Shown piece by piece: positions 12,068 to 23,842 of a stretch of DNA of 64,000 bases. A model generated the notes under the pieces. It was not told where the DNA came from and searched no databases. It saw nothing but the letters and a program-made list of their open reading frames with translations. The stretch lies in the NCBI RefSeq assembly GCF_000143415.4, contig NW_003314289.1, positions 908,035 through 972,034 of the forward strand. The letters are read 5' to 3'. Made by a program: the position numbers and the translations under genes. The stretch's first letter is position 1. Every line of letters begins with the position of its first letter. The stretch is from Selaginella moellendorffii. Lineage: Eukaryota > Plantae > Lycopodiophyta.

Positions 12068-15000
12068 TGTCGCGAATGTGACTTTGGGTATCGCAAGTTA
12101 CCTATTGGCCAGTCCTTACGGACACTCTTTCCTTATTGTCACGATGGCAGAAGGTCGGTATTACTGGACCCTTTATTAGCCCTTCTTGTTCAAGTGTTAG
12201 TAAACTGGACTTTGCATTTGTACTTGGCCGGATGAGCATAAGGACAGAATTCCTAAGTGTTTATTCAACCAAGCATACTTGGCCTGGCTTTTTAGTTTTC
12301 TTTTGCTCTGTCTTGCACTGGCTTGACAAGAACCCTCACATATTGAGACTAGTCCCTCAATAACGCTGGATGATAGCTTACCGTGTCTGCCAAACACCCT
12401 CGCTATCATGCCCTTTGTGTTAGTCTCATTCCGGTCCCAAATGCTATTTATGGAAAGTGTCTAGATTTGCTCATTTGACATATCTACGGAATGTAGAGAT
12501 TGGCCTGAACACAATGGTGTTCATCCCGTGTCTAAATTCGCAACCTAATGCCATTCCATATTTAATAAGTTTTGAGCTTGTCCCAAAGACTAANNNNNNN
12601 NNNNNNNNNNNNNNNNNNNNNNNNNNNNNNNNNNNNNNNNNNNNNNNNNNNNNNNNNNNNNNNNNNNNNNNNNNNNNNNNNNNNNNNNNNNNNGGGGGGT
12701 TTCAAATGTATAGTAGGGATAATGGGTAGGTCAGGCATGGCCGACCAACCTAAGGTATAGTCTAGCTCACGCTTGTGTGCCTGTCTTTGTTTTGCGTCCG
12801 GCTTGGGTCTAAGCCCAAGTTCCATTCCATGCTAGCTGGTGGAGTACCTATATCCTTGCGTTAGGCCACTAATATGCCGAAATAGCACCAGACTCCGTTT
12901 GGCTCTGTTTTGCATGCTAGTCCTAGCATTGGGATGCTAGTTGTTCTAGGACTATTCCAAGTCGCTCCGGGCTCCTGTCCCTTCGCTCTTTGAGATGTAT
13001 ACTTAGGAGTTGCTCCGTGATTCAGTTCCATCACTCCTTGGTTCCATGCTTGGGAGTTTGGCACTGTTCCTTCGTTCAGTGGCCCAAAGGGTTTTGCACC
13101 ATTGGACACGTGGCATGTGTCATGTGGCATAAAGAGGGTTTAGGTTCCACTTCATGGTGTTATCCTATGGTAAATCACCATATAATAAAGGGTCAAAACC
13201 GTATATGCAGAGATGAAAATGATGATCTGAGTGGGTACATGTTTGGGTGCAAAGACTTCGTGTTCATTCCTTGGGTATGGATTTGATTACCTTGTTAAAC
13301 CATATTTTGTGAGCTTGAGCTTGGGCTCACAAGAAGGATTGAGTTGTTCTGTTCACACGAGTTTAAGCTTGGGCTCATGAGTGAGGCACATTAGCAACTC
13401 AAGCTTACACTTTCAGTTGGCAAGATTAATGTTAACCTATCGTTGGTTCCATGAGTTGTTATATATGCCAAGGGTGAAAGTAAATCTGCCCTAGGTTTGC
13501 TATGAGTGGCAAATAGGCTGTTCCGTAGCTATTTAGCACAACATTATTGGATCCTTCCTAGGCATGATTACAAGTGAATCAAAATCAATCAAGACTATAG
13601 GGATTAGTCTATTGGTACAAGTAGTCATTGCCATGCTCTCTTATAAACTTTTCTTGGATTGAACTGAAGGTAGTGCGAAAGCAAGCTTGAGGTTTAGTCA
13701 AAAGATAAGACCAAAAGAGAGTCGTCAGGAACGAAGGATCAAACACATAAATCATTTTCTCTTCTTAGAGAGATGATTTGCAATGAGATATTAACTCATT
13801 ACTCGTGTTCACAATATGCAATCAAGAATCCCTATCTTGATGCATGTTGGAAATGATAGTCTTGCAAAGGGTGAGTTATAGGTTGGATAGCGGTAAAGCG
13901 CTAAACCATTTTGTCTAGGCTTACTATTAGAAGACTTAGGTTGCAATGTTCAATTCTTTTCAGGAGAACCTTGCTATTGCTCCTTGAATAGTTTGGTGTT
14001 AGTTTAGTTTTGAGTTTGGTCGGAAAGAGAGTGGCATAAGCTTGTCAACAAAAGTTAGTGGTATTAAGTGTTGTAAATCTCTATCAGTGGAGTGTGGCAT
14101 TTATGTTGCATTTTGTTGAATCGAGTTGACACTTGATACTCATATAAACCTTTGAAATAATGACATTGGAATTGCTCATGGTATTGCTCCATTAATGATC
14201 AAGTCATTGTGATACTTATATCATATCCATGTGATAATGAGCAATGTGTTACGAAGTTGCTTGGTTAAACAATGATCAACCCCAAAGTGGTTGATGGTGA
14301 AGTTGGTCCACTTACATATAATAGCATTGTAGTAGCTTTGACTAGATTCTCAATGGTGATCCATTATGCTAAGCTTAAATTGGTACCTTGTTTCCTTAAG
14401 GGGTTTGCCCATTAAGTGTTAGAAAAGGTTATAGTATTCACTTGCTATAGCTCATTAGTTGATTTGTTAACACTTGGAATAGATTTGTCGATGGAAAAGA
14501 TATATAGTTGAGGCATTGACATCACTAGCATTTGTGTTAGTGGAAGTGGCATTGTTGTTCGAGTGATGAGGAATTTTCCTTAAAGCTTGATTTTCCATAT
14601 CATTTTTATTGTTAGTGTTTTGGCTTCATATTGGATCTTAAAAGTGATTGAAGAAAAGTGTTAGTGTAATATGGATATCTAAAGATATGGTCTTCGTGAT
14701 CAAGCCTCGGATGTTCATTTTGCATTTTGCGGATATCAATGTTGGATGTCAGAAAAATGCATGATGTTTGATGCTTAAGCATACTATAGATCTCGAGAAT
14801 TTGTGTTGAGGTGAACTTATTTGAAATTGTTAGTAAAAGGAAGTTGGTTGAGTCTTGAAAGTTTGCATTCCTGAACTGAGAGTCATTCTTTCTCCAGGAT
14901 GGAAAATTTTCCATAAATTTTTTTAAGCTTTTCCAATGGCTGATCTATTGATCACTTTGCCTGAAAACCATTCCATTTTTGTAAGCTAGTACAAACTAGT

Positions 15001-18000
15001 GAAAGGGTTGGTGTTGACTTTGGTTAGCCAAAACCTTAGTAAATAGTTTGTATGATGCAACCTGAAAAAGATGTTAATTTTTGGGGCTAAAACGATTGAG
15101 TTGGATAGAGTCTGAAGTTGGTGTAAAAACGTGGCCGTTGCACTTTTTTAGAAAGGTGACTTTTGTGCCTTTCTTTTGTAGCATTGTGCTAGGTGGCAAG
15201 TTGCACTTTGCATTTTGTTAATACTCTATGAGAGTAGTGAGCTCTCATTGATCTTGATTTGGTCTTGGTGGCTCTGTGCCTTGGCTGAGCATGGTGATAT
15301 CCAACTTAGTTGTTTGCAGTTGAGATGTTAGTACCCATATTATAGCTTTGTCTAAGTGGAGGTTATGTATCGATATGAGTCCATCTTATGGTCTTCGGAC
15401 TAAGTGTTGGTCATGTATAGCTAGCCTCTTCAAAGCATGCTCAGAGCTATTGACTGGATGTGTTGGTGAGCTTATCGCAGTTGAGTTGGATTTGAGTGGT
15501 CATTTAGTTTATGCTTGTCCATGAAACTTTATCTCATGCCTGGGGTATTATGTTTATATTGGACAAGTGTATGACTCAATGGCACGAGTGTAGTGTTTGG
15601 TTCTTGTGAAGGCAAGTTGAAGAGTGATTATTAGTTGCTTTGCAACTAGTGATTGCTTGTAGACTTTGTCGAAGACTATGACACTTGCTTCACTCAATGA
15701 AGATTTAGCAGTAATGGGCTTGTTTTACCAAATGGTGTTGCGGAGGATCTTGTTGTTAGACTTACATGGGTTTTCAATATTGGTATGTTGATTCTTTTAT
15801 CGATATCATTTGGATACATTTAGTCTGTAGTGTTGGATTTCATTGAGTCTTGGACGTGGTGATTCATTCCTTAATGCTATGTTATCTGAAATTGAGTATT
15901 GTTTAAGAACTAGTCTCGGGTACTGAGTAACGTATCTTCAATTTTTGTTAGCTTGGTTGCTAAAAAACTTTGAGTGGTGATTCACTCTCGCTTTCTTTTA
16001 GCTTTGTCCTAGTGTTGATGGCATTGAAGTGATGCTCTATTATTGACATTATTGATGTTGAGACTCGAGTGAAATGAGATGTCTTTCCGTAGGATTGATA
16101 TTGAGTTTCATTAATCGTGATAAAGATAGTGTTGATGATTTGGTTGTAGCTTTATATTGTTAGCATTTGCGCATTTACTAGTTAGCAACTATATTGATGT
16201 TCAAATGAACTGAGTGGCAAGTTTGAGTTAGTTGTGTCCTAGATGAGATTATGTAGTAGGGGTTGAGCTTTAGCTTTTCCTTGAAAAGTGATTTAGTCGT
16301 GGACAACACTAACTTTACGAGATGGAGTTAGTGATTAATATTGAAAATGTTTGAATCTTTATTGGATTTGAGTTAGAATATATCGATCATGGATGATTCT
16401 TCTTGTGCTTGTTATGAAGTGAGTTATGTCTTGCTATAGATGGATTCATGGAGGATCGGTTTGGTAATCACTTGTGAAGCATAGCTTTATTATGCTTAAA
16501 TTGATGGAGATATGTTCTTCATTAGATTTGCATTATAAAGTTTAGCTTTTGGATGTATTGAGAAGGATATTGTGGGTTATACCATGATTTCTTCTTTAGC
16601 ATTGAAGTTAGTTCATACAAGATTTGTGATCATTATAGACAAAGACTTAATTATAGGCTTCTTCAAGCTTTTGGTTCTTTGAGTTTTTATACTCATTGTT
16701 CCATTTGTTAGAAGTTGTTGGGGAAGGCATTTTTGCTTATTAACTTTGATGTTAAAGTTAGCTCTTGCATCTAGCAATCATTGGTGATGATTGACTATCA
16801 TCTAGGATAGTTGATTATCCTTATCAAAAGATTTAACTTGATTGTTGTTGAGGTAAAATGATTTGCTATTCTATGAGATGGTAGATTCTTTCTTCGATGA
16901 TGATTATGCATTTCAATATTGATGGGATAATTGATAATCTTTTCTGATAGTTAGCTATTCTTTTTGATGGATTATGGGTTTTTGCAATACCACATGTTCT
17001 TTGTGGTTTGCTTTAAATTGGTCTCTGGGGTTTGAAATATCGATAGGATATTGCTGACACTTGCTTGAGCAACTATGGTTCCTTAGTATTGTTGGCCAGG
17101 ATCTATTTAGATTGGCTAGTGCAATAATTGGCAAGAATGAGTGTTTGTTGGTCTTACCGCATTCATTTTGTTTTGTTGATTATTGCTTGAGCTAGTTCTG
17201 ATAGATTAGGATGTTATTTCTTTCGGGTGATACATTTGCGAACACTGTGCTTGTCAGTCAATGGTACTTTATGTTCTTTGAGTTATCTTTAGTAAGTTGT
17301 TTGGCATACTATCTGCCATCTTCAGTAGTTAAATTTTATCATTGTGTTTTTTTGATGATACATTGACTATTGAATTTTTTTGGATAATGAATCCTATGTT
17401 TTCCAACTATAGTGATCTTTGTGGTTCCTATACTATAATACTAGTTTATTGGATGATAAATTATTTGGAATACTTTTGTGTTCTAATATAAGATTTAATC
17501 ACTGATACTTACGACTCTAAGATATCATTGTCTATGACTTTGATATTATCCAATTATTGATCTTTGAGTTTGGGCCAATAATGGGTAGATTAGCTTTGGC
17601 ACTTCGTGTGCATGGTGAAATCTCTAGTCATGGGGTAGCTACTGTCGACTGGTCACATAACCCACCTCTCTGTTGATGTTCCTTATTCCGTTGAAGGGCG
17701 TGACCGTGTAAACAACTCTAACTGCCTATTTACAATAGTCTATCTAAACCTTATCGACGGGTTTAGTTTCTTTGCTCATGAGGGTTGGGGCCACTGGCTT
17801 CTCTCTCTATGTCCTTGTAGGCAGGGGCATATCACACTTTTGTAAGCTGGGTGACAACAAGAGCAGCAAAGGTGGCTAACTCTGTTGGTCCTTTCTTTGT
17901 CGGCGACGGCCGGAAGGTGTCTAAGCTGGTAGCACATCCACGTTAGACACAGAGGTTACCCCTAACTCATTTAAGTTGGTGCATTTCTCACATAATGTGA

Positions 18001-18695
18001 ATACCATGAACTTTTTCTGGAGTTGTTTCCTTGGTAGTATTCTAGACTAGAGTATGCATCAACGAGGACGTCGATCTTCCCTAGGGGGGGGAGAGTGTCG
18101 CGAATATGACTTCAGGTATCGAAAGTTACTTGTCGGCCAATCCTTACAGACACTCTATCCTTTCCTGGCAGGAGGTCGGTATTGCTAGACCCTTTATCAA
18201 CCCCTTTTATTTAAGTGTTAGTAAACTAGACTTTGCATTTGTACTTGGCCAGATGAGCATAAGGGCGGAATTCCTAAGTGTCTATTCAACCAAGTATACT
18301 TGGCCTGGCTTTTTAGTTCTCTTTTGCTCTGTCTTGCACTGGCTTGACAAGAACCCTCCCGTATTGAGACTAGTCCCTCAATAACGCTGAATGATAATTT
18401 ACCGTGTCTGCCAAACACCCTCGCTATCATACCCTTTGTGTTAGTCTCATTTCAGTCCCAAATGCTATTTATAGAAAGTGTCTAGATTTGCTCATTTGAC
18501 ATATCTACAGAATGTAGAGATGTGGGGGGTTCTAAATATATAGTAGGGATAATGGGTAGCTCGGGCATGGTCAACCAACCTGAGGCATAGTCTAGCTCAT
18601 GCTTGCGTGCTTGTCCTTGTTCTGCATCCGGCTTGGGTCTAAGCCCAAGTTCCATTCCATGCTAACTAGTGGAATACCCATATCCTTGCATGACA
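12068..18695 (+). mobile_element. LTR element C with ~5.2-kb non-coding internal region (LARD-like)
   Basis: LTRs 12068-~12861 and 18096-18695 (TG..CA); TSD CTAAC (12063-12067 / 18696-18700); [16 protein letters not shown] 18083-18095; no ORF over ~100 aa inside. Confidence 0.9.
12594..12693. other. Assembly gap (100 N)
   Basis: Run of N inside the 5' LTR of C. Confidence 1.
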
Positions 18696-18867
18696 CTAAC
18701 ACTCTGTTGCTCATGCAGTAAGTAACTAAAACCAAGTAGGATCAAGTAGGAGCTGGTACAATAGACAAGAACCTTGGCGAGGGAATTTAGCTAAAGCCAA
18801 GGCAGTGTTGGTTAGATAGATGAGGTAAGTTGGCAAATTAGAAAAGAAAAATTTGTGGCTTACAATT

Positions 18868-18880
18868 TGGTATCGGAGCC
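18868..18880 (+). promoter_or_regulatory. tRNA-iMet PBS of element A
   Basis: TGGTATCGGAGCC, 3 nt after the LTR-terminal CA (18864); matches the plant iMet PBS TGGTATCAGAGCC with one change. Confidence 0.9.
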
Positions 18881-18923
18881 TTTTCCTTAGTTTTAACAAA
18901 GGATAGAGGCGGATTGTTGGGAG

Positions 18924-21900
18924 ATGACAAAGGCAAAGCGTAAACGAACCAAGGTAGAGACGGAACCTCCTTCGGAGCTAGAGCCTTCGGTTGAACAAGA
19001 GGCTATGGATGAAGAATCCTTGCATGAGGAAGACTCTAGTGAGGAAGCTTCCAAATAAGAGTCTGATGGTGAGGTTCAGTTGTCCAAGGCTCGATTGGAC
19101 ATTCTAGAAGAACAATTGGCATAGACCAATGCCCTACTGAAAACTCTCGTACACAAAATAAAGTGTGACAAGAAGTGGAAGAAAAAGCGAAAGATTGCGA
19201 ATGCTGGCAGCGCAGAAGGTGTGGACCCTTTGGTAGGGATTGAGGCAGAACCAAATAAAGTTGAACAAACTGAAGTGGAATCAATCCCTCAAGCAGTTCC
19301 CAAGTACAAACCAAAGCCCTCACCAATCTTCAAAGAAGTGAATGACTATAAGGTGGTGGAGGATTGGTTCTACAATATGGAGGACTACTTCCGAGTGTTG
19401 TAGTTACCAAGCTCAGAGAAGGTCCCATGTGCAAAACAATACTTGGCAGATAATGCCAAGTCTTGGTGGAGAACGACAAAGGCCAATGAAGGACCAGTGG
19501 CCATTTGAGAAATGATGAAGGCGAGGATTTGTGCGACTTATGTTCCTCCAAATGCTACTTTGCACCTAAGGGATGAGTTGAGTAGGCTGAAGTAGACCGA
19601 AACCATTCAAGAGTATGTGAATGGGTTTATGGCCAAGAGGATACTTGTCATGGATATGGGTGATATGGATGCCTTCCATGCCTTTATATCAAGATTGCAA
19701 ACTTGGGCTCATGGCGAGGTGATGTGTTGGAACCCGACCAACTACAAGGAAGCGTTGGATGCAGCTATCAAGGTGCATTTCAATGATAACCTGCAAAAAG
19801 GGAACACAACAGAGTTAGGGCCCACATTTATCAAAAGGGCCAAACCAAGGGAAATATATAGCAAAGGGAAATGTAAGAAGAGTTTCTCTAAGAATGAGTC
19901 CTTAGGGTTCTGGAAATGCAGATCTGGTGGCCAACAAGCAAGTATATAAGGGAGTCAAGCAAAAAGAGACAAATCCATGGATAAGAAGGTAAAGTCTACT
20001 AGTAGCATGGGAAACAACATATATTATAACTGCGGTGAAGTGGGATACTTTTCGAGGGAATGTCCCTACCTGAAGAATGCCAGAGCCAATATGCCCATTA
20101 AGTCGGGTGAAATCTAAACTAAGGTATGTGATCCAGTCCTTAGCTCAAAGTTACTCATTATATGAGAAACTTTGGTAAAGAGTTGTTCACGACATCTACT
20201 AGCCCTTCGCGAGAAGCTCGGAGGTAGCTTTGTTAAGATCCTTATTGACACAGGTGCTTCAGATAATTTTGTGACTGCAGACATAGTCCGACAAGCCGAA
20301 CTAACAGTGCAGCGGCTGGGTGAACCAAGGATGATAGAGTTTGTTCAAGGCACCGATGAGGTACTTCAACAAGCGAGAGTCGAAGTAAGGACATAGAAAG
20401 TAGACATGGATTTCACCGTGTTGGACATGGTAGGATTTGACGTAATCTTTATGATGGATTGGTTCAATCAATTTGTAGTAGCCCTGCATGGACAAGGTAG
20501 GAACCTTGTGGTACTTGCGAATGCCTAGAGAGAACGATCTAGTGTAAAGGCATAAGATCTAAAGGTAGGGCAATGTAAGGCCAAAGACTCCTACTTAAAC
20601 CTGGTGTACACGAGAGGACAACTCACTAAAGGGACAAAGGCAGCATTTTTATGCTTACTCTTGGTGAAGAGTGACAAAAAGACGGGAACAAAAGAAGTAC
20701 TTTCAGTGATCCAGCGAGTGTTAGATCAATTCCAAGATACCATGCCGGAATAGTTACTGGCAGGGTTGCCCCCTATACAACCAATAGAACATAAAATTGA
20801 GCTAGTCAAGGGTGCTAAAGTGGTGGTTCGCCCACCTTATCGTTTGAACGAAAAAGAACTCAAGGAGCTCAAGCGCCAACTAGAAGAGTTAGTGGATAAA
20901 GGGTATGTTAAGTTGAGCAAGTTACCATATAGGGCGCTGATGTTATTTATGAAAAAAAAAGATTGTTTTATACGCATGTGCATAGATTAATGGTTTCTCA
21001 ACAAGTATATAAAGAAGCACAAATACCCTTTGCCAAGGATTGAGGACCTATTTAATAGGTTAGGAAAGGCAAAATACTTCTTGAGGATTGATCTAAGGTC
21101 AAGATATTACCAGATCAGGGTAGTAGAGGAAGATGTCGAGAAGACAACCTGTCAAACAAGGTATCGGAGCTTTGAGTTTCTGATGATGCCCTTCAGGCTA
21201 TGCAATGCGCCAGTGACGTTTTCGGCACTGATGAACCACATCTTTGTACCTTATCTGGATCACTTCGTGGTTATTTATATTGACAACATCCTGATCTATA
21301 GCGAGACGCTAAAGGAGCATGCCGAACACTTGACAAAGATGTTTAAGAAACTAAGGGAACACCAGCTGTACACTAAAGAGAGCAAATGTGACTTTGCTCA
21401 ACAAGAGGTAAAATTTCTCGGGCATGTGGTGGGCAAGGACGGGCTCAAGGTGGACCTTGAGAAGGTCCAAGCGATCCAGGAATGGGAATAACCATCAAAT
21501 GTACACGAGTTAAGGGCATTCTTGGGGTTATGCAATTACTACCAAAAGTTTATCAAACACTATTCGAGAGTAACCCTACTTTTAACGGACCAAATAGAAA
21601 AAAGAAAGATGGTATGGACAGTGAAATGTGAGGTGGCATTTGTCCACCTCAAAGGGAAGTTGAGGAGGGCTCCTGTGTTAGCGTTACTAGATTTTGGTAA
21701 GGACTTTGAGATAGAAACGAATGCTTTAGACTTTGCGTTAGGCGCAGTGTTGAAGCAAGACAACCATCCAATAGCGTTCTTCTCGAAGAAGTTGGACAAG
21801 GCTCAGCAGAAGTGGCCTGCCCACGAGAAGGAATTATTTGCGGTGGTCAAGGCACTCAAGGAGTGGAGACACTACCTTGGGAGACACTTCAAAGTTTACA

Positions 21901-22287
21901 CTGACAATGTGGCAACGAAACACTTCTTGTCACAACCCGATCTGAGAGGGAAATAGGGTCGGTGAGCTAATGCTTTGGCCGAGTTTGATTGCAAGATTCT
22001 GTACAAGCCGGGGAAGAGCAATATCGTGGCGGATGCTCTAAGTCGAAAAGCAAGCTTGAAGCTGGCGATATCCAGCGTGACAGCAACCTTTTGGGATGAT
22101 GTGCAGACAGCATATGAGAACGATAGTCTAGTACAAGAAGTGTTCTTAAGGAATCTAGAGGTGTAGGAAGCTCACTAGAGAGGTGAGCTGCCAACAGAAG
22201 AGAAAACAAACTATGCAAAACACAATGGACTCATCTATTATAAATAAATAAGGGTGTATGTTCCAGAAGGGGAACTAAGGAAGGTAG
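18924..22287 (+). pseudogene. gag-pol of element A (many stops)
   Basis: Zinc-knuckle remnant YNCGEVGYFSRECP (~20025); ILIDTGASDNF protease; RPPYRL, LPRIEDLF, YIDNILIYS (YxDD mutated) RT; PIAFFSKKL..HEKELFAVV RNase H; YKPGKSNIVADALSR. Confidence 0.93.
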
Positions 22288-23285
22288 TGTAAGCGACTAA
22301 TTTTTCCATTCTACTTCAGTCACTTAACCACACCTCCGACCACTTGGAGGAGTCTCATTCACAACCTCCATTAGTCCAATTCAGGACTTGGGACTTGCTA
22401 GCCCCAAGAATGGCATCCATGCCACTCAACACTTGCACCTGGTCCAAGTGCTCCATGTGTCCGGTCCCAAGACCGACACCCAAAGGTACCACTGACATCT
22501 TGGCCCGTTACGCTAAGGCCATGCCCATTCACCTTTGCTGCACTAGTGGTCCAATACCACTTGCATCACCATCCCGTCTCTCCAAGACTGGGCCATCTGT
22601 CCACGAGTGGTCATCCTAGATCCACTCCTTAGCATCCTTAGGATGCCCACAGACCTGGGGAATCGCCTTCCCCAAAGTCCCTTTGTCAGTTCCTACCAAG
22701 TCCCTTTCTGCCCCTGGCCGTGTTTGCCAACACTGCCACTGGATCGAGGCCCACAGGCCCGACCACTAAGTCCCATGGTCCTCTGGGACTTCCTCACCAC
22801 ACGACTGTGTCCTTGGTCACTACCCCAGGGGACTGCTCCTCTTCCTTTCCACAATCTAGGCTTTTGGGACAACATTTCGGAACACCATGGCCTTACGCGA
22901 GCCACCTGGGTACTCTCCCCACCTTTCGCCTTTAGGTGCTCTAGCCATGGGCTTAGAGTGAGGTTCCATTGAGCCACGCCTGGTATCCAAGTAGGTAGTG
23001 CCACCCACACTTGGACTGGGAGCATCGGCCAGTCGATCTCCCGGGGGAACTAGAGCCAGCTCTTGAACACTTCACCAAGCTACCCCGCTTGTTGGTCCAT
23101 ATTCACTCTAGTCTTGGACTTCCCAGTGGTCAGTTCGTCACCCAACACTGGGTCTGGCCTCCCTGGGCCAAACTGGCCTTTCCTGGCCAAACAGGCTCCA
23201 CTGCAGTCCTCCCCCTTACTATACTTTTGGAGCTCACCAAACCCCCCAGGGTCTGGGAGACGAACACTTTGGGCTTTCACCCTCT

Positions 23286-23407
23286 CAGACTCGAACTCGA
23301 ACTCAGACTTGGACTCGGACTCGGACTCGGACTCGGACTCAGACTCGGACTCGGGCTCGGTCTCAGCCTTGGCCTCGGTCTCGGTCCCGGTCCCGGTCTC
23401 TGTCCCA

Positions 23408-23446
<39 letters not shown>

Positions 23447-23842
23447 CCGGTCTCGGTCTCGACCTCGGACTCCATCTCGGGTCCTTCTCGGACTCCATCT
23501 CGGACTCCGTCTCGGCCCATCTCGGACTCCATCTCGGACTCCATCTCAGACTCTGTCTCGGTCCATCTTGGACTCCATCTTAGGTCCATCTCGGACTCCG
23601 TCTCGGTCCACTTCGGACTCCATCTCGGACTCCATCTCAGGTCCATCTCGGACTCCATCTCGGTCCACCTCGGACTCCACTTCGGGTCCATCTCGGACTC
23701 CATATCGGACTCCATCTCGAACTCCACTTCGGATCCATCTCGGACTCCATATCGGACTCCATCTCGGACTCCACTTCGGACTCCATATCGAACTCCACTT
23801 CGGGTCCATCTCGGACTCCATATCGGACTCCATCTCGGACTC
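23286..23842. repeat. Tandem array in D LTR: (GACTCG)n, (GTCTCG)n, (CTCGGACTCCAT)n
   Basis: Directly visible 6- and 12-bp units. Confidence 0.97.

Noticed and set aside
23286-23842. Possible CRISPR array
   Set aside because: Units are contiguous with no unique spacers; eukaryotic context, no cas genes.
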